From positions 347,145-411,144 of the forward strand of contig MU058010.1 of NCBI GenBank assembly GCA_013265495.1: 64,000 bases of DNA, written 5' to 3'. The notes beneath the pieces are model-generated. The model worked only from the letters and a program-made list of their open reading frames with translations, searched no databases and had not been told where the DNA came from. This document shows, in pieces, positions 1 through 15,504 of the stretch. Each line of letters begins with the position of its first letter. The first letter of the stretch is position 1. The position numbers were made by a program, and so were the translations under genes. Source of the DNA: Vicugna vicugna (Eukaryota).

Positions 1-3000
1 AGAGGGGAGACAACCAGCAGAAGAAAACTGCAACCTTGAGAAAACAGGAATTCCATGAACTTACGAACACTCAGCTTTTGTCCTGGTGAAAGTTTCCACT
101 TACAGCAAAGAGAGTGAGTCAGAGCAAAGGGCATGTTTTTTCTCTGAGTGGAGGAGGCAGAGATCAGAATTTATAGCAGCCAAAACAGGGCTCATTATAG
201 GGGAGTGAATTGTGCAGAAAGGGACTCCAGTAGTCATGTGAGGATCTCCCTTGAGTCTGTCCCTGGGGGCTGAGATGTTCATAGACTAAGCAAGATTGGC
301 CAGATAGCACTTGCTACAATGTGAGGGTAGAACAGAGATACCACAGGTCCACCATTACTGGGAGGTATCGGAGTTCTGGCTCTGCTGAAACAGAAAGCTT
401 CTGAATGTCTTATTAACTTACTTGCCATTCATTCAAACAACTGGAAAGGTTATACCTCAGGAAAGAGGATTAATGTCCTAAAAGAGTACCTACTGTAGAC
501 CCACCCTAATAAAACCTATAATCATACATCCTACTGTAGTCACACAACCTCACAGACTCCTCAGGGAAGAATGAGTTCTACCAAGTTAGATGCGCCAGGG
601 AAACATCTTCCACTTTCCATTAGACCCACACTAACGTAGTGTAAGCTCAAGCCTATTAAGCCTATTAGGTAGGAAGCCTTTTGAGCACTTTAAGGTGATC
701 ACCCAGGGATTGATTTGGCTGCTAAGAGTGAATATTCTTCAAAGGAATATTACAACTCCAGAGTGGTTACAACATTGCCATGTTTAATTAAGAAGTAAAG
801 AATAACAAAACGGGAAATACCATCAAAGGAAAAAACAAACAGGGTGGTCCAGATTTTGGATTTCAAAAAAAAAGGCTTTAATGTGGATATTATAAATGTG
901 TTCAAAGAATGAAAGGAAATTATCTTTAAGGAATTAAAGGAAAACATGACTTTAATTAAGGACTCTTTGCAGGAAGATGACAACTATAAAAATTTGCCAT
1001 ATGGGAATTCTTAGACCGAAAAGTTCAATAACTGAATTGAAATATTCAGTTGAGGGGTTAATAATATGTTAGATATAGTCAGACACTCTAAAACACCTGT
1101 AATTGGAATCCTAAAAGAAGAAGAGAGTGAGAGTGTGGCTGACAAAATTTTTGAAGAAATGATGACCAAGAAATACCAAATTAAGTGAAAAACAAAAACT
1201 TGATGTTTCAAGAATTTCAGCAAACCCCAACCAGGTTAAATATGAAGAGAAAGACACTTGGCAAATTCTAATCAAACTCCTGAAGGCCAAAGGTAAAGAG
1301 AAAATCATGAAAGTAACTTGAGGAGGGAAATGAGACACATGTAAGAAAATAAAGAGAAATTTAGCTGACTTTGCAAAACCTGGAATGCAGAAGTCAACAG
1401 AAGGATGTGTTTAAAGTGTTGAAATAAAAAGCTCGTTAAACTCAGAATTCTCAACTTAGTAGATACTCTTCTCAAAATGTAAAATAAGCACATTTTTATT
1501 TATGTGACAACTGAGAGAGTTTGTGGCCATCAGACCTGCCCTATGAGAAATGCTAAAGGTTGTCCTTCAGGGCAAGTGGAAATGATACTAGACGAACACT
1601 CATATCCACAAAAAGCAATGAAGAGGACGTGAGAGAGTAAATAAACTGTGTTTTCTTTCTTCTTGTAATTTACTTAAAAGAAAACTAATAATTTAAAGAA
1701 TAACACTTCAAGATGGAGCTTATATGTACATAGAAGTAAAAGATATGATAGCTGTTGCATGAATCATGGGATTGGACAAGTGTAATTGTGCTGCTGTAAC
1801 ATTATAGCACGTGTGAAATGAATCAGAAGGTGTGAAATACTTCGAAGGGGAAGCAGGAAATTAAAAAAAAATGAGCAGGCACAATATTGACTTAATAGTA
1901 ACTAAAAAATATATAGTGACTCTAAATAGACTACATATGGATGCATATTGTTAGTCCTAGAGCACCCAGGAGAAATATAAGAAAGAGGTATAGTTAAGAA
2001 GCCAGCAGAAGAAATAAAATGGTATACTAAAAATTACCCGATTAACACAAAAGCATGACAGGGATAAAAAAAGAAGTAAATAGCAAAAAGGACAAATGGA
2101 AAACAGATAGTAAACTATGGCTATGTATATTTCAGAATGTGTATTTCTAGACAAATCTCATTACAGGAAGTAGTGGCATTACACAATGATACAAGGAGTA
2201 ATTTACTAGAAATAATCATCTTAAATATGTATGTACCTAATAAAGAGCATTAAAATCCATGAAAGAAAACCTGCAGAATGAAACGGAGAAATAGATAATT
2301 TCCCAATCATAATGAGACTTTAATGCCCTTCTTTCAGTAAATTCCAGAAAAAGTAGGGAAAAAAAGAAATCAGTAAATAGTTAAAAAATCAAGACCGTTC
2401 TATCAACCAGCTTGTTCTAATTGGTATTTATAGAACATTTCCTACGTAACTGCAAATAAACATTTTTTTCAAATACACATGGAGCAAACATTCACCAAGG
2501 TAAACCATATGGGAACATAAAATAAGTCTCAGTGATTTTCAAAAGATTGAAGTCTTGCAGGGTACATTTTCTGTTTAAAGTGGAAGTACATTGGATGACA
2601 ACAATAGAGTATCTCTCACTGTTTAAAAAGTGGCTAACATAATTTAAAATTATTTGTGGGTCAAAGAAGAAATTATTTTGAATTTAATGAAAATGAAAGC
2701 ACTGAAAAAGAAATGATCAAATTACCAAGATCAGGAATCAAAGAAGGGAAAACAGAAAGTTAGAGACCCTTATCCTACATAAACACATGTGCAAAAATTG
2801 TCAATAAAATATTTTTATATCAGATAATGCAATGCATAAAAAGGAGAGTATATCGTGACCAAGTGGTACCAGGTTTTGGCTTAACATTTGGAAATTAATA
2901 AATATTGTTGACTGTCTTATCAGAAAATAGGGAGAAAAATTGTATAATTATCTAGATATGAAATAAAAAGCATTTGACAGAATTTTACCTTGTTTATGAT

Positions 3001-4910
3001 AACTAAAAACTCTTAGCAAGTAGAAATAGAAGGAAACTTTCTTAACCTGGTAAAGGACATTTATGGAAAACATGGAGGAGCAACCCTCATACTTAAATGG
3101 GGAAGAGTAAATACTTTTTCATTCATGATTAGAAATTAAGCAAGGATATCTATTACCACTTTTTAGCATTATAATGCATGTTCTAACTTGTGTAATAAAA
3201 CTGGAAATGAGATAAAAGGCATATATGCTGGAAATGATGCAAGTGGCCTGATTGTCTGTATGAATTCATAAAGAATCTATACAATCAGCTTTGTTAGAAG
3301 TAAGCAGTGAATTTAGCAAGGTCACAGGATTGTCAGTGTACCAAAATCAGTTGTATTTCTCTCTAGAAACAATGATATATTGGAAAATAAACATAAAAAA
3401 ATTTACAGTAGCACCAAAAAATGTAAAAAACTTTGAACATTTTCCATACTGAAAACCTCAAGGTATTGCTGAGGGAACTTAAAGAAATTGTAAATAGATG
3501 GTGATATTTATCATGCTCTTACGGTAGAAGACTTATTTTATTAAGATTTTATTTTCCCCTCAAATGATCTATTGATTCTTAATACACATATGACACACAT
3601 TCTCAATCAATCCCAGAAGGTTTTGTAATAGTAACTGACAAGATATTACAAAAATTTATATGGCATGCAAAGTGCCTTGAATAGACAAAATCAATTTTGA
3701 AAAAGGACTTGGAGGACCTAGACTACTGACTTGATATCAAGACGGTAAAGTTTTGGATTAAGGATATACAAATAAACTAAGTTTAGAAGTAGAGTCACAA
3801 AGACACCATCAGTTGATTTTCAACAAAGGCTTTAAGGCTAGTGAATGGGGAAAGGAAGTTCTTTGTATTGAATGATGCTGTGAAACTTGGATATTGTGTG
3901 GGCTAAAATGAATCACAATTCCTGCATCACACCACCAATAACGAGGGATGGAGTATAGACCTAAACATGCAAAGAAAATATAAAGCTTCTGGAATAAAGC
4001 ATAACATTGGCAAAGGGGTGTATATTGGCATAACCTACTTTGTAAAAAGTTTGACAGTCTCTTATACGGTTAAGTAAACATTTACACCAGGCCTTTTGGG
4101 TGAATGTTTAATAGGAAGAAATGAAGACTCCTACAAGAATATTCAACGTCCAGTATGAGTTTCCCCGGACTGCATAACAAACACCCATGACCTTAGTGGT
4201 TAAAACAATAGTCATTTATTCTCCATGTTTCTGGAGGCCAAAAGTTCTTCATCGGGATGTTGGCAGGGTTGGTTCCTTCTGGAGATTATGAGGAAGAGTC
4301 TGTTCCATTCCTCTCTCCTAGCACCTGATAGCTGCCTGTAACCTTTAGTACATCTTGACTTGTAGCATTACTCCAATCTCCACCTCCGTCTCATCTCCTA
4401 GGCTTCACATTGCCTTTTCCTGTGCGTGTCTTTCTCTCTTCCTTCTCTTAAAATGACATAGCACCCTAAGTCCTGCATCATCACACCTGGAGATTTTCAA
4501 CTTAATTACACCTGTAAAGACCCTATTTCTAAATAAGGTCACAGTCTCAGTTACCTGGATTAGGACTTATCCTTTGAGTGCTTATGCAACCCCACCCGCT
4601 ACATTACCCCAAACTGGAAAAAAAAAAACCCAAAAACTCCATCAATAGGAAAGTGGCTAAACAAATTTGGGTGTATCCTTGCAATGAAATATTGCTCATT
4701 AATAAAAAGAAATGAACTACTCCGTCGCAATACATGTGTATGCATCTCACAGTCATTTTACTGAGTGAAGGAAGCCAGACACAAAAAAATGTTTACTGAA
4801 AGTTTCATTAATGTGAATTTCAAGAACAGGCAAAACTAAATTATAGTGATAGCAATCAAAACATCGGTTTCCTACGTTAGGCAGGGATTGTCTGGAAGCA
4901 GACGTGAATG
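1..4910 (+). mobile_element. Old degenerate LINE-1 (L1M-type; 5' region, ORF1, ORF2 and 3' UTR remnants), interrupted by an MLT1 LTR
   Basis: A-rich + strand. ORF1-like text at about 850-1630 (tataaatgtgttcaaagaa, gtaattggaatcctaaaagaagaagagag). ORF2-like text at about 2150-4000 (aatatgtatgtacctaataaa, aaagcatttgacagaatt, gtgaatttagcaaggtcacaggat). 3' UTR-like text at 4610-4900. Many stops; the 5' boundary is uncertain. Confidence 0.85.
4152..4603 (-). mobile_element. MLT1-family (MaLR) solo LTR nested in L1
   Basis: Reverse-orientation MLT1 hallmarks: ctgcataacaaa...tggttaaaacaa...atttattctc...ttctggaggccaaaagt and taattacacctgtaaagaccctatttctaaataaggtcaca. Confidence 0.85.
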
Positions 4911-7900
4911 AATTAAGACAGCAGAATGGTTCTGGGTTTTATGCCAGCTCTTTAATTCATCAGATATGAAACTTATGTGTTAAGAGCGTTTGCTAAGACT
5001 GCCAAATTAAATAAGAAGTCTCTCGCTCTCTAACTTTACCACCTTCAGATCCCGAGTATCTGCAGAACTTATTTGGACCTTCTGTGAAATCTTTAGTGGT
5101 CCAGAATTGATATGTATTTGTTAAACAAAGAGAAAGGATGCCTGGTGTCTATAGCCAGTTGTCTGTTTCTTGACTAGCTGCAGGAAAGGATACATTTTAT
5201 CATTTCAGTGTATTTTTTTAATAGTTCTTGGCTTTGCCTTACTCCTGTGGAAAAATATTAAAAAATACCATATGCACTTTGCTATTGTGTAGCTAAAAAA
5301 TAATTTTAGCTTAAGAGGTTTATCATAAAGGCACATTTATTTTAAAAACACTTATGATATTCTGAGAGCTTACCCAGGCATAAGGCACTTGAATAGCTAT
5401 GTTTTTGATGTCTTTCCCGAAGTGAAATGAACTTCTCTTTTTTTCTGAGAATTCTGGAGATCATGAAAACATTGGCTGACTAACAGTAAAGGGGAGATAT
5501 TTTTCATATAGTTTAATTAGGAAAATCAAGTTCAAAAGATTCTCCTAAGTGTCTTAATTCTGTTCTTAGACCACCTTCCTTTCTCAGATATCACTTTCCT
5601 CTCTCATCCCTTTGTCATTTTCTCTAGTCTTACCTTTCACAAAGATAAAGATACATTTTTTTTTCACATTCTCCTTGCTTCTCACACCTCTCCAACAGGG
5701 AGTGAAAGAAATAGCTAATATGGAAAGATAAGTGGAGGTGCATCTGGCAACATACAGGAGGAGTCAGAGATACCAAGAAGAAAGGGAAGAAATATGAATT
5801 AGTAGCAGGCAGAGCTCACAGTAGGGTCGTCTCCATGGTGTTTTATCTAATAACTACCATGGGGAAATTAAAGTCTGTTCCTACTCACAGGAAAACCTAG
5901 AAGTAGTTTGAGTATCAGATGACTTTTAAGTTGTGGTTATTAACTTCCACACTATGATGCTCTAAGTGGCATGTGCATTTAGCTGGCAGCAAGTTAGCTC
6001 ATGTCTTACTGGCCCTGTGACCTTGAAGAAGTCATTTAACCTTTTAGAAATGCTGTGCTATTATTCCTTATAATTATGTATTTAACAAAATATATAAAGG
6101 TTAAGAATAGTAAGTCAATTAAGACTCAAACTGGTAACTTTTCAATCAGCAGATTATTTGTACTATTAGAAAGTTAAATGAATGATTAATTAGTTTTATA
6201 ACAACTTTAGGGAAGAATAATAAAGATATGGAGCACGTTTTAAAATTTCTTTTGAGGTGCGCCTACACGAGTCTACAGGCAAGAAGTGGGAGAAAAACCC
6301 AACAAATTTTGAATAAGTTGGCTCTTGAAAATCTCTTATTTATAAAAGAAACTGAATAAAGAGGACCAGACACAGTGTTAAATGTAGTTGGTATAAAAAT
6401 GTCAAATGGATTCTGGTTCTTTCCCTGGGAAATAATGGATAAAATTAAAATTATATATGAAAAAATCATAACCATAATGAGATTATGGGAGAGTACATCT
6501 CCCTGAAGACATTTTCTACTTTTTACCCTTTAAGACAGATGGAAAGAATTAGATAATACAAGGGGAGCCACCACAACTTCTGTGCCTCTCACAGCACCGA
6601 GTGGGCACCCAGTCAATACTTGCTGGTTTATTGATTTTCTAAAGGTCTTTTCATCTTACTCTGTACCTGCTCCAACAGCACATATGTTGCCAACAAACGA
6701 AATTTTGAAATAAAAATTACCCTTAGTCTTCTGGATGTTGCTTGCTGATTTAACCTGTCCCTATTCTTAAGGTTTTTTTTCATTCTGGTACATGACTTTT
6801 GTGGTGGTGTGATGGGGAGATTGCCCGAGTACTGCTCCTTGCCTTCCAAAAATGGTAGTGAAATCAAAATGTTTTGATTTTCTTTTTTATGCTTTTAGAT
6901 TGATCTTCAGATGGTAACTCATTGTCAGATTTTGCTGCTGGGAGTTCACATTGCTAAGACTATAATAATAAATGTAAAAGATACCTCTGTAAAAATGAAA
7001 TTCTAATTTCTTCTAACATTCTAATTATTAATATTTTACAGTTAAACTTTTGCAATAACTCTTTCCTTTCTTCTTCTTTTTTTTAATGATTTTCTGTTAC
7101 CATTGACAATATTATTTGAGCACCAGAGCTCTCCATTTCTGCATTCAGTCTAATCTTTGGCAGATAAGTCAGAGTTCTAGATTCTTGAACAAGCAAATAG
7201 AATGCAAATGTCCAACAAAGAAAAGAAAAGAGAAAGAAAAAAAAAAGAATGCAAATATCCAGTGTTGATAGAATATATGAGGTGATAAACTTTCTTCAAG
7301 GTTTTAAAAAATATTTCCCCATTTTTTCACCTTTTTTCCTTTGATCTCATCTGCAGAAACAGACTTTGATGTGACCAAAGAGAAAAATAGCCCTGATATT
7401 ATAATCAAAGATCATTAGGTTTAGACCTTAGAACATTAGCTTTCATTGAGTTTTTTTGTTTTTGTTTTTTTTGTTGTTTTTTTTTTTTTTTTAATGAAAG
7501 TGGCACCATTTGGCCTGGGGGATCAGAATGGCTAAATGGTGGACCAAAGCCAGCAGCTAGCCCCAGTGATCTCTGAAGTTTTGAAGGTTCTCTCTAGTAC
7601 AGTAATTTTGTTCGCTAAAATGCATGTATTATCAGCCAAAGTTAGAAGAAAGAACAACATGAAAAGGACATCTAATTTAAAAAGATGCTCGAAGATCTGT
7701 TTAGGTTACCTTTCCTGACTTTCCGTAAACTCACTTGGTTCTACATTACATCATAAGACTTACTCTTTTTTCAAGGTACCTGTCCCAAGTGCTAGGTAGA
7801 CTCATTACTCATACAAATCTAGGTTATATTTTTTTCTAGGAAAATTAATTACTTTGTACTGGCTACATACGGTTAGCTTGTCAGCAGGAAAGCTTTAACA

Positions 7901-10015
7901 TACTTTGGGGTGGTTTAATGCAGGCATTTAAGTAGTCTTTTTTTCTCTTTGTGCATGGAAGAGTACACTAATATATGTTAAAATTAATGTATTTTGTAAT
8001 ACTAATATTCTGCTTGGGATACTGGAGAATTTTTTTCTTGTTTATTGCAAAGTACCAAATACCTGACTTCACAGTCGTGAATAAGGGCTGAAAGAAGAGA
8101 TGCTCAGCCCGTCCCACACCTTCTGAATGGCCGTGGCTGTGCTTGTGTGAGTGCTCCCTGTACCTCTTATTATTCTAAAGAGTAAATTAAATGTAGCAGA
8201 GCACTATACAGAATTGGTCCAATATAATATGAACATCTTCATTTGCAGTGTTTAAGTAAGGATGCAAATTCCTGCTGAGTGAGTCCATTTGGGAGCATTT
8301 TAAGACACGTGAAATAGACTTTCTGAGAAGTAATCACTGCTTACTCTGTGTCCTGGAAATAACGCTGTCCATACAGAATGATTCATGCCCACCAAGAATC
8401 AGCATTCTAATAGGATATCTTTGTCTTTCTACAACTTCTGTATTACTAAAATTTATTCTATAAAACCATTCTTTGGGAATGTTTCTTTGTATTTTAAAAA
8501 AATGTAATTTTTGACCTTACAGTTTCTTTACTCTCTTCTAGAAGAAAACATTTTTCTCTAGGTAGGAACTGGAAGATATTCCTTGACTTCAGGGAATTTT
8601 AAGACATTCCTTATAGTGCTTTGTAGAGGGCACTTCTTAACTGTATCAGTAGAGTTTTTAGAATCTTGGCTGTATGCACATAACTGTTTAACTTGTCAGG
8701 AGTCTGGGAGAATACTGTATGTAATTTAGATATTTTTTTTATTTGCTGAGAAGCTTTTTTGTCACTATAAGAATTTGGTTTGTCTAAAGATATTCTCTCA
8801 GAAGTATCTACTGAGAGCTCTTTATTGCTTATTTTGTTAGATGCGTAGACTGGGTTATGTTGTTAAGTCATTAAGGCAGTGTCTGTAGGATCCTATTAAA
8901 GTCTGATAAGTCCAGGCTTTTGGATTTTATATTATTTTTTGTATTTTATTTTAAGTAACAATCATTGTATTATGAGCAGATAGCTTGCTTTCTCCTTCAC
9001 AGAAATCCTGTAAGCTTCATGTGGCATGGTATTTCTAGCTTTTCCTTTAGGGTCTGGGACTAACACAGCTATTCCCCATTTTAATCCTGTCATGTTCTGT
9101 CACTGTTTTTTTCCTGACCTTGCGTCACAGTGCTTTTGATGTTTATAGCAGTTCACCCGCTTTACTGCTGCTGCCCCATCAATCTGTTTTAAGTCTCAAA
9201 CTCCTAATACGGTTGGTCAAGGAATTCCTATGTAGCTGAAATGTGGTGCATCTCCAGCTCTTGGACTCTTCCCCTCACATGTCGTTGTTAGGACACGGGG
9301 TGGAGGGGGGTGGATGTTGAATTTAAGGCAAGAACTTGCTGATCCTCTAGCCCTTTTGTTCTTTTTGACACTTTCAAGCCCCTACATACCCAGGAGGGAA
9401 ACCCAGAACGCCAGACAGGGTTGGCTGGGCACGTGGTGGACTTGTGGCTTTGCACTGCTTACGTCTCCTGCTGTGCCCGTGTTTCCTGACTCTGACTCTG
9501 CTAATTCAGTATGTGTCAGGAGTCATTCTGCTGTCCTGTGTTTCTGAAGAAAGTCAATTTAGTACGAATTGGGACCTATTTACTCTCCCTCTGTCTGACA
9601 CACACTGCTAGTCAGCAGGGCTTCTAAGGCAGCAATTGCTATTTGAAGAAAACAAACCCCCTTTAGACCTTTCTGAATCTGTTTTAAACATGATCCAGCA
9701 TATTTCATTATCGAACAAATTAAAGCAGTGAAACAAATGCTTTGTAAATTGCTGCCTCTGTCTCCTGTTCCCTTAAAAAATTATTTTTAAGTATATGTAC
9801 TTTATACTTAATTAAACTTTGTCACTTAATTAAAGCTTTCTTTCTGTTGAGCATCTAAATTGTTAATTTTTTTCTCTGAGGGATGAGTGTGGATTCCTTA
9901 CAAAAACAAGTAGGGCTTTTCTCTCTTTGTGCTATCAGTTTTAGGGGACATATGCTTCTTTGGTCCTGTCATACCAATAAATCATCCCAGATTACTCGCA
10001 GCCGTTCAGGACTAA

Positions 10016-10351
<336 letters not shown>

Positions 10352-11539
10352 TAAATGTCAGCCCTGATGACCTGATTTGAGTATTTTTATTTAGTTGTGC
10401 TCATTGTCAAGAACTTAAACTGAACAGTCACCAAACCCAGACCAAGCCCAGAGTGAACTGAGCTAATTTACTCAGCCTCTGAACTAAATCCAAATATTCA
10501 TTTCCTCTGATCTGCGAATCCAACTGAAGGATTGTGTTTAATAGCAAAACTATGTCGTAAACCTTTGCTTTCTCAAACTGATGAAATGGAACATGAGAAT
10601 ATTATTTAAATCTAACATTTATTCTGTTTAAATACCTGCATATGACAAAGTGTATATACTGAGAATTGCTTGGGATTGCCACTGAAAGTTTTACCTTTAT
10701 TCAGATATTTCTTTGCATTTCTCTTTTTTGAGCGCTAACTAAAGGGAGAGAAAAGTGAGACTGCTTAATATAAAGGGTAAACCATTATATTAGGAATAAA
10801 CATACCTAAGGTGTCATTAATGATTTTGAAATGTTTCTGTCTACATATAATTTTTGAGGAGGTGGAAATTGACTAAGTTTCAAGATATTTTTCTTCCACG
10901 GGTTAAATTTTCTTGCAGAAAATATATTCAGTATTTTGTATAACAGAGCTCTGTCTTAAGAAGTGGACCATAGTAATAGTCCTTTATTGATCTGCTTACA
11001 ACAAATTCTTCTCAGTTACACATCACAGGAAAAGCTTTCTCTTGTTCTTGACCTGGTGACATCTACACTCCCTGATTAAGGAATTTGATTATTGCTATTG
11101 CCAGTTAGACAGGGAAGGTGAGAAACAAGTTCTGCTTTAGCTGTGGGTTTACTGAATAGTTAATCTCTTGGGTGCTTTCATGACTTTTCTTACAAGATTT
11201 TCCTGGCTTATGGCTCCAGTTGATATCAGTGCCTTGTGAGCTTTTCCATCACCCATCTCCATCTTTTTATTTTCCTCTCCTTGTTTTCTTGGTTTGCTGT
11301 GTTCAGTTAAGATCCCTAGCATGGGTGATGCGATTCCTAATATATGTATTAAAGACACTGCGCGTATGTACTCCAGTGCCAAATGCTTAACCTGATCATC
11401 TCATTTAATGTACGTGATTAATAATTACCTGGGATACACAGAACTCATATTTTTTCATGTGTAAGCCACTAATTATGATTAAATATTTTAGTGGAGCTGT
11501 ATATTAAAAGTTATGGCAGCAGAGTTAAGAGAGAGAGGC

Positions 11540-12310
11540 TAGCTTGGTTTAAGGGAAGGTAGTTCTGCATTCAGAGAGGAACAGGAATTTGAACTGTGTC
11601 TGGAACGATGAGTGGGTGTTCCCTGAGAGGAAAAGACATCCTGAGCAAGACTCAACAATTTGTGGCTATAGCACGGCACGTGTGAGCACACCAAGTGATC
11701 CATCACAGTGGGAGCCTTGTTGGGACAGGAGTGGAGAACATGGACATGAGATAGTAAATCGGTCTCGATGGTGAACTTCAACTGCCATGCCTTATGGTGA
11801 AGGCTTTATGGAGACACGTTAGTTCTGTAAGTCAAGTTATATTATCATATGTCTTCTGTGAAGATAATTCTAATTGCAGTATGGAAGAAAGTTAAGGTGC
11901 GCTTTCCAGTAATGTCACCATGAGCCATAAGTGACTTTTAAAATTTAAATTAATTATGATTTAAATAAATTTAAAGGTTAAATTCCTCAGTTATGCTTGC
12001 CAGGTTTCAAGTGAGTCAGCACCCATACACGCTGGTGGCATAAACATAGCACATTTCCACCATTGCAGAAGGTTCTGTTGTACAGCGCTGGGTTAGAGGG
12101 TTAGAGGGGGAGAGACTTGGTGATGGCTGGTGAGTGTCATGTGACCTAGGAGAGTGACAGGGGGAATGGAGCTGAGAAGATAGATGGGGAAGACACTGGG
12201 AGGTGGAGATAAAGAGGGAGGAGGGGTCAAGGATGACTGCTTACTACTGACATGTTTGAAGTAGCTGCTCAAAAGAGAAGTGAGTTCAGTCTACTTTGAG
12301 TGTTTCCTTC
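11540..12310 (-). mobile_element. Degenerate L2 LINE fragments, interrupted by MER3
   Basis: Purine-rich text typical of antisense L2 (agagggaggaggggtcaaggatgact, gtgagttcagt...ttgag). Boundaries approximate. Confidence 0.5.
11897..12090 (-). mobile_element. MER3-like hAT-Charlie non-autonomous DNA transposon
   Basis: Termini gtgcgctttcca...tgtacagcgctg, an AT-rich core, and acatttccaccattgcagaaggttct all match the recalled MER3 reverse complement. Confidence 0.8.
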
Positions 12311-12326
12311 CCCTAGTTTACCTGTC

Positions 12327-12601
12327 TTTTTTTTTTTTTAAATTGAAGTATAGTCAGTTTATAATGTTGCATCAATTTCTGGTGTGCAGCACAATGCTTC
12401 AGTTATACATGAACGTACATATATTTGTTTTCATACTCTTTTTCACCATAAGTTACTACAAGATGTCAAATAGCACTATACAGCACGAACTTGTTGTTTA
12501 TCTGTTCTGTATATATCAGTTAATATCTGCATATATCTAACTCCTGATTTATCCCCTCCCACTCCCCTACCCCGTGGTAATCACAAGTTGTTCTTTATGT
12601 C
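12327..12601 (-). mobile_element. 5'-truncated younger L1 3' end (cetartiodactyl/camelid type)
   Basis: Poly-T followed by aaattgaagtatagtcagtttataatgttg...tttctggtgtgcagca. ctgtctt occurs on both flanks (probable TSD). Confidence 0.8.
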
Positions 12602-15504
12602 ACTGTCTTAAAGGGCATCTAATTGAAGCTACCTTATTCAGTTATCTTAGCAAATATTTGAGTGTCCACTATGAAACAGTCATTGCTTTGAGAGGATGGA
12701 GGTCTGGACTAAGGTGTGTGGCAGAGGGGTAGTAGAAAGGGAGAGGGGATGGTGGAAAGTAGACACGCTTAAGGAATATCTTAGGAATTGTCAGGGCATG
12801 GTGACTATGAACTTGGATGCTGAAGATCAAGGAGGTAAGCAAGATGATAGGTTTAGGCTTTCCCAGTTGAAGGGAAGCAGAGGAAGAAAAACAATGAGGA
12901 GGAGGATTGGGGAGAAGCTAAGTTCACACGTACGAATCTGCTGGAACTTGTTTCATAGTGCTGAGTGTCTGTTCTTCTTTAGATTTGGCATCTCAGACCT
13001 TCAGCCAACTCACAAAAAGTTGACCACATGCCCTCCCCTGTGCTTTCCTTGTAAGGGAACTGTAGACAAGAGATTCGGTCTGATTAATGAGGTGGAATGG
13101 CCTAATACAGTACTTGGCACATAGTAAATACTCAATAAATAGCTATTGCAACAGACACAATGGAATGCAAACGATGGATGCTGTGTAGAGACAATGTTAT
13201 TACGGAGTTGAAAATAGACTTCCTCTCACATTGATACACAGTCACTGATACATAGTGATTTAAAATCTTTTATAAATGCAGTGCATTATTTTACTATCGT
13301 TAGGCTACAAACCAGTTAATCTGTTTCCAGATAATAGAGTTGACTGTATTTTCCGGCAACAATACTGGATATTTTGATCATCCTTGTTAGGAACCTTCTG
13401 CTGTACAAGAAACAAAATAAATACTACAACTTCATATTTTTTATTAGCTTACATGTCAAGTTGAAAGCATATATTGAACAAGATGCTATCTCATCATGTT
13501 TATTATCAGAAGTAGCAGCTTGATCTTTGACAATTGTGATTGAATTTTCACCCTGAGTAGAAAGCATCTAGCTTGATGATACACCCCCACACAAGGAATT
13601 CCCTATTTATTTGACAGCAGAAAGACAGGGTAAAATTTTAATCTGCTCAGACATGCTGAGTAATTACATGGCCTTTAATATTCTGTATCCAAAATCTTTA
13701 CTTTTAAATGCTCTTTATAAATTTAGCTCAACTATAAACAATGTGTGAAAATTCACATTAAATTGTTAACTTTGCATTGTTTAGAAATAAATACATGAAT
13801 TGTGAATTCCATATGCGTTATAGTTTAATTTTAGGGGCTGTGTTATATCTTTGTATTCATTTGTAATTGAGATGACTCAGTTTGTAATTGAGATGATTCA
13901 GTTATAATAACTGAATTCAGAGAGAAAAGATTTTACTTTCTTTTACCCAAAGATTTGATATGGCCTATGATAAATAAATATAAACGTAAAATATGAGATA
14001 TAAAGTGAACAAACTACAGTGAACAAATCTAGTAAGATGTAAATAAAAATTAAAGTAGACGTGTAGGTTTGAGGCTTTCTGATGGTAAAAGTGAAATGCA
14101 AAACATGGTCAGGAAACTTTTCATAAGCTAAAAATTGTGCTTTCTCTTACTAGCCTAAGCTGAGCTTTGTAAGAAATTTGGCATGTGTGTCATTATGAAG
14201 GGAAAATATGATGTTGAGCAGTGTTCTTTTAAACAGCAAATAAGAGAATCAGTTTCTTGGAGATTTCTCTTTTTCTTTCCCTCTGCTTCCCTACAAACAT
14301 GTATTCAGAGCCTCTTAGTGGGTAACACTCCAAGAGAGCCCTCATACTAAGATACACATGCACTTTTCAGGTACCGTGATGCTATTCCTAGTTTAAGCAA
14401 AATGGTATAAGGACCTTGCTTTCAGATGGCTTGCTTTTTAAAAGGATAAACCTCAGATTATATAAAAGAATGGACAGACTGCTTATCATTTGTAAAATCC
14501 TACAAAGATGTTGTTAGACTTTAGACCAACTTGGGTAATTGGCAGTTTGAAATTATATTCTTTTTTCAGAACCTGTTATTGAGTAAATGCAAATTCATAT
14601 CTGTTGAAATCCAATCAGCAAATGGTAGTTGCTTGCCTGACCAAAATGCCCACCTAGAAAAACTTATGTGTGGTTAGTATTGAAATTAGTAACCATATAG
14701 AACTTGTGAGTAGAGTCAAGTAGGTTAGCATCCTAGCAAAAGAACGAGTTGACTCAACCATCAAAGTTTAGCACTATATTAAAATTTATGAGATTGTTTT
14801 AACTTCCAAATTTAGAAAGCAGATATTATCAGTCTGCACACAATGGCTATAGTGTTTTTAATAATATTTACTAATGTCCACTGAGATATATGATTTCTAA
14901 GTAACAAATCATCCCAATCAATACAACTGGAAGATATAATTGTAAAATGTAGTTCTTTGATTTAGTTTGTTAAATAAACTGACTACGTGTATTGGGATAG
15001 TAGATAAAAATTCTGAAAGAGTTTACCAATTGTAATAATAATAACTATGTTCTATCAGATGATGCTACTTTCTTGGGGAAAACTGCAGGAAAAAGTATCT
15101 ATTGATTCCTCTATAGATTAATCCATATTTGGATAAATATCCATTATCCACTTTGTAGAAAATCTTGTATTGTCAGTGGCAGTAGAATATGCAATGAGTT
15201 CATCTCAAAGGTGAAATTATCAAAGGATACATAGTAATGGGGCTGGGGGTGCTGGGAGTTAGGTATTAAAATGTAGTGGTGATAGGTCAGGCTGACTTTT
15301 GTTGAAGTTCTCTTTTCTAGTGCCTGAAATTTTTATCTGGTCTATTTATTTCTTTTATAAACATGAGCTAAACAAAAACAGAGTAACTTCACCAAAGCTC
15401 TAATGGGGAAGATTTTTAGGAAAAATGTTTAATTTCCCATTTCTTGAATGCCTTCACCGACTCTAGTGAGTGATTGCTTGAAATTGTGAATAGTTCTTGG
15501 CAGA

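Noticed and set aside
12696..13124. 142-aa ORF, the longest in the track
   Set aside because: It lies in L2-like degenerate repeat sequence and resembles no protein I recognise.
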